DNA from: a virus | Taxonomy: Duplodnaviria > Caudoviricetes | Direction: 5' to 3' (one strand) | Length of the DNA: 28,876 nt | IMG/VR virus record: IMGVR_UViG_3300011442_000024 | Location: 1 to 28,876 of that record | In this document: in pieces, positions 22,563-28,876 of the stretch | How positions within the stretch are numbered: position 1 is the stretch's first letter | Layout of the letters: each line of letters opens with the position of its first letter | Made by a program: the position numbers and the translations under genes | The notes under the pieces: generated by a model | What the model was told of the DNA's origin: nothing | Databases searched by the model: none | What the model saw: only the letters and a program-made list of their open reading frames with translations

Positions 22563-22898
22563 TCAAGGCGTGACGATGACAGTGAGAACGCGCTGCGACG
22601 AGGATCCGTTGGGCGCGCGAGCGTTCAGGGTGAAGGTCGTGGTCACCGCCAGCACGACCGAGACGCTGCCGGTAGACGGCACGTTCCCGACCAGCGGGTC
22701 GATGCGCACGTCGACCTGTGCGCCCGCGACGTCCCAGCGCAGCGTGGCCTGGGTGCCTGCCTTGATCGAGAGCGAGTCGGCCGAGAACTGCGTGATGATC
22801 GGCGCGTCACCAGGCCCCGTCGGAGTCTTGAGCGAGTCACACCCGACGAGTGATGTGACGACAAACGCAACGAACAACACGAGCGCGAGCTTCTTCAT
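22563..22898 (-). CDS. Lipoprotein with Ig-like domain (111 aa)
   Basis: AGGAG RBS. MKK, hydrophobic stretch and LVG-C lipobox, then P.I..F.A....I..G....LRW.V...TTFTL.A beta-sandwich pattern. Confidence 0.8.
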   Translation of the reverse strand: MKKLALVLFVAFVVTSLVGCDSLKTPTGPGDAPIITQFSADSLSIKAGTQATLRWDVAGAQVDVRIDPLVGNVPSTGSVSVVLAVTTTFTLNARAPNGSSSQRVLTVIVTP

Positions 22899-22907
22899 GG
22901 TCTGCTC

Positions 22908-23159
22908 CTACTTCCAGGAAACCCCGAGCCTGGCCCCGGTGGTCCATCCACTCTTCCAGCCGCCGCCCGCGTTCCACTCGCGGCCCGCGTAGCCCGAGAT
23001 GTCGAGCCAGGACTTCGGCTTGTATCCGACCTCGGCTTCGAGGCCCCGGTTGGTGACGGCGACAGTTGCTCGTCCCTTCTTGTCGTCCGGCACCTGGCGG
23101 ATCGCTGCGTCGAGCGAGTCGCGGAGGGACGTCGACAGAATGGGCGGCGCAACGGGCAA
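22908..23159 (-). CDS. Small amphipathic beta-strand protein in the lysis cassette (83 aa)
   Basis: Fills the gap between holin and lipoprotein. Alternating strands end in GARLGVSWK. The TTG start has no clear RBS, so the start is uncertain. Confidence 0.6.
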   Translation of the reverse strand: MPVAPPILSTSLRDSLDAAIRQVPDDKKGRATVAVTNRGLEAEVGYKPKSWLDISGYAGREWNAGGGWKSGWTTGARLGVSWK

Positions 23160-23167
23160 CGTGTCGC

Positions 23168-23578
23168 CTAGACTTTTGGGTCGACTGTCACCGCGACGAC
23201 TGGCAGCACCGGCGCACCGGCCGCTGTTGTTTCCGCCGCTGTCGCCGCGACCGCCAGCACGCGCGCCGCAGGCATCTTCGCGTCGATCATCTGCTTGACC
23301 ACGTCGACGGCCGCGCTCTTCATGTTGTCGGTGACGAACGTCGTCGCGACCTGGTTCTTCTCAGCCGCCGACACGACAATGCCCTTGGTCTTCAGGACGT
23401 TGCGCGCGTACTCCTCGGCGTACTGAATCCCGAGCTGCACGAAGTGTTCGAGCTTGCCCTGGTTCTCGGCACTGAGCTGGACCCCGTACTTTCGCAGCAT
23501 CATGCCGACGAGCGCGAGCAGTGCCGTGCCGAGCGCGGCCCCGATGACGGGCAGAAAACCACCGATGAGCTGTTCCAC
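23168..23578 (-). CDS. Putative holin, LL-H-like
   Basis: AGGAGG RBS, one N-terminal TM helix and V..GIQYAEE...EK...A..FV pattern. Adjacent to the endolysin. Confidence 0.7.
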   Translation of the reverse strand: MEQLIGGFLPVIGAALGTALLALVGMMLRKYGVQLSAENQGKLEHFVQLGIQYAEEYARNVLKTKGIVVSAAEKNQVATTFVTDNMKSAAVDVVKQMIDAKMPAARVLAVAATAAETTAAGAPVLPVVAVTVDPKV

Positions 23579-23587
23579 GTTCTCCTC

Positions 23588-24019
23588 CTAATAGGACCAC
23601 AGACCCGGGCGCGGCGTGTTGTCGTCGCCCGGCAGATCGTCGAGATGCACGAAGCGCGGCTGGCCCGCGCGCTGACTGACGCCGATGCCTTGGAAGCCGT
23701 ACCGGAATGCCAGCTCCGCCAGGCGATACGCTTCATGGCTCGTGGCGATGGCGACGTCGGCGGCATGGCCCGTCGTGTGAGGTCCGTCCGCGCCGGTGTG
23801 CGCGACGCGCAGGTTGTACTCCGGCGAGCGATACCCGGAGGTGATCACCAGCGGCCGCGCGTAGGTCGCGCGCAGCGCCTCGAAGCGGTCGAGGAAGTCC
23901 GGCGCGACCAGCAGCGTCCCGTCGCCCTTGCAGGCCCACTCGGTCCTCGGGTTGACGTGCGGCCACTTCCAGAAGTCTGCCGGGAGTTCGTCGACGCTCG
24001 CGAAGGTGAAGGTCCGCAT
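23588..24019 (-). CDS. Endolysin, peptidase M15A family (143 aa)
   Basis: Start reassigned to ATG 24019. EWACK, ITSGYRSPEYN, H..G.AADV, GIGV and FVHLD motifs. Confidence 0.9.
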   Translation of the reverse strand: MRTFTFASVDELPADFWKWPHVNPRTEWACKGDGTLLVAPDFLDRFEALRATYARPLVITSGYRSPEYNLRVAHTGADGPHTTGHAADVAIATSHEAYRLAELAFRYGFQGIGVSQRAGQPRFVHLDDLPGDDNTPRPGLWSY

Positions 24020-24039
24020 GACGCGCGCGATTCTACTAC

Positions 24040-25443
24040 CTACCCAAGGACCACGCCAATTTGCCGGTACCCGAAGGTCCGCGTCGCGGCGGTCTTGGTC
24101 TCGCAGCCGCAGAGCAGGAAGTACGCCGTGCCGGTCGCGGGGATGTTCGTGGTGACTGAGACCTCGGTGCCGTCGTTCACCGACCAGTACACCGTCGGCG
24201 TGCCGGTGCGGACGAAGCGGATACGCAGACGGAAGATGGTCGACGCCGCGATGGCCTGCAGGTTGGAGGAGACCGTCTGGTTGCCTGCGCCGTTGATCTG
24301 TGAGACACCGACCCAGCCCGGGTCGCTGGCCGCCGTCGAGTACCGCAGCATCAGCGAGCCGTTGCCCGCCGAGCCGAGCGTGTCGGTGTTGCCAAGGACC
24401 GCACTCGTGAAGCCGAACCAGAACCGCACCAACGTCACCGTGCCGCCGGTCAAGTACTCGCACCAGGTGTCGCAGTCCGTTTCGAGCAGCCGGACGTTGC
24501 TGCCGGTCGCGGTCGTGAAGTACGAGCCGTTGCCGTCGACCGCGCCGGTCGTCGAGGAGAGGTACGGCAGGCCGTTGACGTACGACCTGGTCGGCGACGC
24601 GATGTTCGTGCCGGTCAATGTGCCAGCGACGTCGCTCGACAAGAAGCCGAAGCCGGACGCAGTCGCCGGGTTCGCGGCCCCGTTCGCGGGTTGGATCAGC
24701 GCGGCCGACGGTCCCAGTGGGAAGCCGAACGCGGACATCACGTCGTACCAGCCGTACGCCGTCGAGCCGCCGCCGAGCTTCTGATAGACGCGGCCGTTTG
24801 CCGTGTTCTGGTAGTACGACCCGAGACCGGCCGCCTGGACGCCCTGCGGGTGCGTGGTGCCGCTGTACATCGAGCCGCCGCCGATGGCGGCCGAGGCCCA
24901 GGCCGGGTCCGCGCCCGCGCCCAGCGTCTGCAGGAAGCGGCCGGAGGTGCCTGCCGCGAGCCTGGCCCAGCCAGCCGCGCCTCGGTAGAGCAGGTCGCCC
25001 TGCGCCGCTGACCCGATGAAGTCGAGGATCGCCGACAACGTGTGCGCCGTCAGCGCCCCAGCACTCGCGGTGGTGCGCGCGGCGATGACCGGGCCGGTGA
25101 CGTCTTCGAGGTTGGCGAACGGCAGCTTGCCGGTCACGGCGGCGGCCTGGGCCAGGTTCAGCGCGCCGAAGCCCAGCGCCGTGCCACTGCGGCGCAGGAC
25201 CTGGTGATCCGTTCCGGCGGCGATGCTCGCGACGTCGGCGGTCGCGTTCCCGGCGACACCCAGGACCGAGAGCGCGCTGCCTTGCGCGAGGTTCGCGAAC
25301 GGCAGATCCCCGCTGACCTGGCTGGTGAGATCAATCGGCAGTGTGACGCCGCCGGAGCTGCTCGCGGCCGCTGGGACCGTGGCGGGCGCGGGGCTGCGGC
25401 GCTGAATGCCGCGAGGCCCAAGGGCTTTGTTCCGTCCTGACAT
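24040..25443 (-). CDS. Tail fibre / receptor-binding protein (467 aa)
   Basis: G/A/T-rich with two LPFANL repeats, fibre motif QGDLLYRG...W.RLAAGTSG..L.T.G.GADPAW and a beta-sandwich C-terminus. GAGG RBS. Confidence 0.75.
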   Translation of the reverse strand: MSGRNKALGPRGIQRRSPAPATVPAAASSSGGVTLPIDLTSQVSGDLPFANLAQGSALSVLGVAGNATADVASIAAGTDHQVLRRSGTALGFGALNLAQAAAVTGKLPFANLEDVTGPVIAARTTASAGALTAHTLSAILDFIGSAAQGDLLYRGAAGWARLAAGTSGRFLQTLGAGADPAWASAAIGGGSMYSGTTHPQGVQAAGLGSYYQNTANGRVYQKLGGGSTAYGWYDVMSAFGFPLGPSAALIQPANGAANPATASGFGFLSSDVAGTLTGTNIASPTRSYVNGLPYLSSTTGAVDGNGSYFTTATGSNVRLLETDCDTWCEYLTGGTVTLVRFWFGFTSAVLGNTDTLGSAGNGSLMLRYSTAASDPGWVGVSQINGAGNQTVSSNLQAIAASTIFRLRIRFVRTGTPTVYWSVNDGTEVSVTTNIPATGTAYFLLCGCETKTAATRTFGYRQIGVVLG

Positions 25444-28400
25444 CTACTTCCTCGGTGCGCCGAACAGCAGCGCCAGCGGGTTCTCGGTCTTGCCTTCCTG
25501 CAGCGCGGCGAAGCCGTCGACGGTGCGCTGCACCTGGCCGCTCGGGTACCGCAGCACGACGCCGCCGGTGTCGTTGAGCGCCTTGAACAGCCCCTCGTCG
25601 ATCTCGCCCTGCTCGATCTGTCCGGCGAGCCGGTAGAGATCCTGGATGAGCCGCGTCCCGGCCGGGCCTTCGTAGCCACGGTTGGAGCTGCGCAGCAGGC
25701 CGCCCAGCTCGCGAACAAGGACCATGCTGTTGAGTGCCGAGCCGCCCATCTCTCGCAGCACGTCCTTCGACACCGTCCAGGTGTCGTCGTCATCGTCGTC
25801 GCGGCCGCGCAGCAGCCGGGACAGCATGACGGTCGCGAACGCCGGGAAGAAGTAGATCAGCGACAGCTCGCCGAGGAACCGCGTGGTCTGCAGCGGGGAC
25901 TTGAAGCTGTCGACCTTGCCGTACGCGCGCGAGGTCTGATTGAACACGACCGCGCCGTACGAGTAGAACACCATGAACACGCGCGCCACCGGCCCGCCGC
26001 GCTGCACGGCCGCGAGGTCGATGGTCTGCCCGCCGCCCTGCGCATCCTTCACCGCCTGGTCCGCTTCAGCGGCCGCGTCGACGTCGGCGCGTCCGGCGGC
26101 CTTCGACTTCTCGTACTGCCCCAGCCAGGTCGGCACGTCCGCGACGCGCTGCGCGAGCGCGATATGCCAGAGGAAGGAGTCGGTCACGTTCTTCTGCGTG
26201 ATGGCGTTCCCTGAGATCCCGCGCACCGCCTTGTCGAACCAGCCGCCGGGCTGCGCCAGGCGCTGCCGCAGCTCCATCAGATCCTGCGTCTGCGTGAGCG
26301 CGCGGTTCCGCATGAACGGCGACACCTCGTGAATCCACTGCATCGTGCCTTCGGTGTCCTTCGCGCTCGTGAGCCAGCGAATGACGCCGCGCGCGACCCA
26401 CTTCGGCCCGACGCGCGCCGCGCCGTTGAAGATGCCCAGCGGCTGCTGCATCGCGGTCCAAAGGTTCAGGCCGAGGCCCGCGATCTGCGCGCCGGTCTTC
26501 GCGAACGCGGCCGCCTTGTCCATGCCGTGCGACTCGCGGCGCTGCGGGGCAGCGACGTCGGTGATCGCGTTCGTGAGCTGGTCGTAGTACTCGCTGCCGA
26601 GGATGTCGTGCAGCTCGCCGGTGACCTTTGAGTCACGGATGACCCGCGTGACATCGATCAGGGCCTCGTGGTGCGTCAGGTCGTGGATGACCTGGTCGAG
26701 GTGGTTGAACATGACGCCCAGCTCCAGCTTGATCGGGAGCTTCACGTTCTCCAGGCGCGCCTTCTCGTGGCCGCGCTTCGTGGTCGTGCGGAGGTACGCG
26801 CCCGCGAGCTGCAGCTTCGCGTCCTGGATGTCGACGATCTGCGAGCCGCGCGCCGACAGGCGGCCGTCGTACTGCAGCGGGTAGTAGCCGCCGCGCTGCT
26901 TGCCGTACTTCGTGTCGACCTCGACCGCCTCGACCTTCTCGGGCCGGAGGCCGGTGAGCCGCTGGTGCTTGTCGCTGATCTCCTGCCAGAACGTGTCGAC
27001 GAAGTCCCAGGTGTCCTGCACGAAGTTCCAGTCGCGCTGGTCGAGCTTGTCGAGGATCGCCTCGATGCCCTGGCGCGACCACTTCCGCTTCTGGTCCGCG
27101 AGCAGGCGGTCGCGGCTGCTCTGGTTGCCCCAGTTGAGCGCCACCGCGAGGATCGCCTCGCGCGAGAGCGAGTCGTTGATCCCGTCGATGCGCACCATCT
27201 GGTCGAGGTTCCCGAGCTGCTTGCCCGGGTAGTGCTTCTCGATCACCTTCGCGAACTTCTCGCCCTCCTTCACGCGGCGCGTCTGCTCCGCATCAGCCGC
27301 TGCGTTCAGCGGCCGCACGAACAGCGACCACATCGGCCCGCCGTCGACGTAGCCGTCGAGCCGCTGCGCGATCTCCGCGACGCGATGATGCGCGGCGAAG
27401 AAGCCTTCGATGGTGCGGCCGCGCTCGGCCTTGCTGCGGTACTCGAGTTTGCCTTCCCGCTTCGTGTTGTGCGTCGCGAGGGACGCGAGCAGCTCGTCGC
27501 GGCGCGCTTCGTACTCGCGCTGATCCACCGACGACGCCATCGTGTTCTTCGTGCGCGCCAGGTGTTCGATCTGCTTGATGGTGTCGCGCATCAGCCGGAG
27601 CTGCTCCAGCGGCACCTGCTTGAAGTTCATCTGCAGCGCGGCTTCCATCACCTCGGCCGGGATGTCGACCGGGCGGCCTTCGTCCTCGCGCGCCTGCACC
27701 CAGTCGACGAGGGACTTGCGCCGGTCGAGCGCCTTGCTGCTGATGTTCGCGAACTCGTACTTGTTCAGCAGGTGGTTGACCTGCGCGAGGTACGACTCGC
27801 CTGCCTTGCCGAGCCGCTGCTGGGCGGGCTTCTCCGTCATGCGCTCGGCGTACTTCTGGATCTTGCTGGTCTCTTCGATGGCGGCGAGCGCGGCGCGGTG
27901 CATCGCCACGGCGAACCGCTGCTGCAGCTTGGCCGCGACGGCGGCCTCGTAGTTCCCGTCGGCGAACGCGCGCGAGGCCTCGCCTCCGGCCTTCTGTGCG
28001 GCGAGCCAGTAGGTCCTCGGATTGATGTGAACCGGCGCGAGCTTCGCGATCCGCTGATCCGCCTGGGCGGTGATGACCTCGACCGGGAGCGCAGCGGCCG
28101 CCAGAGCTTCACGCGCGGCGCGGCGCGCGCTGCTGTCCTCGGCGACTTCCTGCTGCACCGCCGCGTTGACGACTGGCTTGGCCTGGCGCGCGAACTTCGC
28201 GAGCGCGATCAGCTCGGCCTGCAGGACGTGCTGGTACCCGTTCTCCATGACGGCGAGCTGCGCGACGCGGCGCAGGGTGCCGTCGGTGCGCATGTTGCCG
28301 TACTGCGCGACCATCCGCTTGCCGGTCTCGGTCGTGACGACGGTCTCGCGGTCGGGCGCGCTGCTGAGCGCGTCGAGCAGCGCGTCGCCGGAGGTGAAGC

Positions 28401-28876
28401 CGAACATCTGCGCCGCGTGGTCGACGTCGAGACCGCCCTCCACCTGGTAGACCCACGGCTTCGGCAGATCCTTGAGTCGGTCCTCGCTGTACTTCTCGAC
28501 GATGGACTCCTTCGAGAGGCGCTGCGCGTTCGGCACGTCAGTGCCGTCCGGCCGTTGGCCCTTCTGTAGGAACGTGAGCGCGGCGTAGACCGGCTGCTGG
28601 CCCACTTCGGCGTCGACGGCCGATCGTACTTCGGCGGTCTTGGTCTTCCACCAGGTGGCGCGCTCGCGTTGCAGCTCCTGCAGCACCTGGCGCGCGAGTG
28701 CGGACTTCGCGTTCGCATGCGCCAGCGCGAGCAGCTTCTGGTAGCCCTGCCATTCGATCTGCGACATGCCCGCGTCGGCGGCCGTCGAGAAGAACGGCTT
28801 GAGCTGCGCCTCCTGGCGCGCCGCGTCGATGGCGTCATCGCTCGCCACCAGGCGGTCGAACACGTCGACGATCTCC
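25444..28876 (-). CDS. Very large internal virion / DNA-ejection protein, C-terminal >1140 aa (starts outside the window)
   Basis: The frame stays open past the right edge. Alpha-helical, with GGYYPLQYD, hydrophobic C-terminal segments and podovirus position just before the fibre. Confidence 0.75.
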   Translation of the reverse strand, partial: EIVDVFDRLVASDDAIDAARQEAQLKPFFSTAADAGMSQIEWQGYQKLLALAHANAKSALARQVLQELQRERATWWKTKTAEVRSAVDAEVGQQPVYAALTFLQKGQRPDGTDVPNAQRLSKESIVEKYSEDRLKDLPKPWVYQVEGGLDVDHAAQMFGFTSGDALLDALSSAPDRETVVTTETGKRMVAQYGNMRTDGTLRRVAQLAVMENGYQHVLQAELIALAKFARQAKPVVNAAVQQEVAEDSSARRAAREALAAAALPVEVITAQADQRIAKLAPVHINPRTYWLAAQKAGGEASRAFADGNYEAAVAAKLQQRFAVAMHRAALAAIEETSKIQKYAERMTEKPAQQRLGKAGESYLAQVNHLLNKYEFANISSKALDRRKSLVDWVQAREDEGRPVDIPAEVMEAALQMNFKQVPLEQLRLMRDTIKQIEHLARTKNTMASSVDQREYEARRDELLASLATHNTKREGKLEYRSKAERGRTIEGFFAAHHRVAEIAQRLDGYVDGGPMWSLFVRPLNAAADAEQTRRVKEGEKFAKVIEKHYPGKQLGNLDQMVRIDGINDSLSREAILAVALNWGNQSSRDRLLADQKRKWSRQGIEAILDKLDQRDWNFVQDTWDFVDTFWQEISDKHQRLTGLRPEKVEAVEVDTKYGKQRGGYYPLQYDGRLSARGSQIVDIQDAKLQLAGAYLRTTTKRGHEKARLENVKLPIKLELGVMFNHLDQVIHDLTHHEALIDVTRVIRDSKVTGELHDILGSEYYDQLTNAITDVAAPQRRESHGMDKAAAFAKTGAQIAGLGLNLWTAMQQPLGIFNGAARVGPKWVARGVIRWLTSAKDTEGTMQWIHEVSPFMRNRALTQTQDLMELRQRLAQPGGWFDKAVRGISGNAITQKNVTDSFLWHIALAQRVADVPTWLGQYEKSKAAGRADVDAAAEADQAVKDAQGGGQTIDLAAVQRGGPVARVFMVFYSYGAVVFNQTSRAYGKVDSFKSPLQTTRFLGELSLIYFFPAFATVMLSRLLRGRDDDDDDTWTVSKDVLREMGGSALNSMVLVRELGGLLRSSNRGYEGPAGTRLIQDLYRLAGQIEQGEIDEGLFKALNDTGGVVLRYPSGQVQRTVDGFAALQEGKTENPLALLFGAPRK

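Noticed and set aside
24040-25443. Diversity-generating retroelement as in BPP-1
   Set aside because: There is no reverse transcriptase, avd or TR/VR repeat pair near the fibre gene, which is followed directly by the endolysin.
23066-28569. Long plus-strand ORFs (572 aa and 633 aa) and other plus-strand ORFs in the track
   Set aside because: They lie antisense to well-supported minus-strand genes and have R/V/L/D-biased shadow composition.

Overview
This window is about 29 kb of a high-GC, podovirus-like dsDNA phage with BPP-1/Bbp-type head genes. Every supportable protein gene is on the minus strand. In transcription order (right to left) it holds: the end of a very large internal-virion/ejection protein, a tail fibre, a lysis cassette (M15A endolysin, LL-H-like holin, a beta-strand protein and a lipoprotein), an early region driven by four related TTGACA-N18 promoters (ERF annealase, PD-(D/E)XK and HNH nucleases, UvrD-like helicase, small hypotheticals), replication genes (short initiator-like protein, DnaB, RuvC-like resolvase), two adenine MTases, small accessory genes, and finally terS, terL, GNAT, portal, Bbp19-like and the start of the scaffold. 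I see no integrase, CI-type repressor, polymerase or DGR. The most notable observations are: (1) a 111-aa ORF (7442-7777) with a twin-arginine (Tat) signal followed by four short segments resembling Bbp17-type major capsid protein motifs in scrambled order; (2) a ~220-nt structured ncRNA with a tRNA-like 3' domain and complementary loops (6740-6960); (3) two plus-strand small RNAs with their own promoters and terminators whose seeds match early-gene start regions; and (4) promoter cassettes with a palindromic operator and RBS-occluding hairpins. Family calls come from motif recognition and memory; no searches were run.
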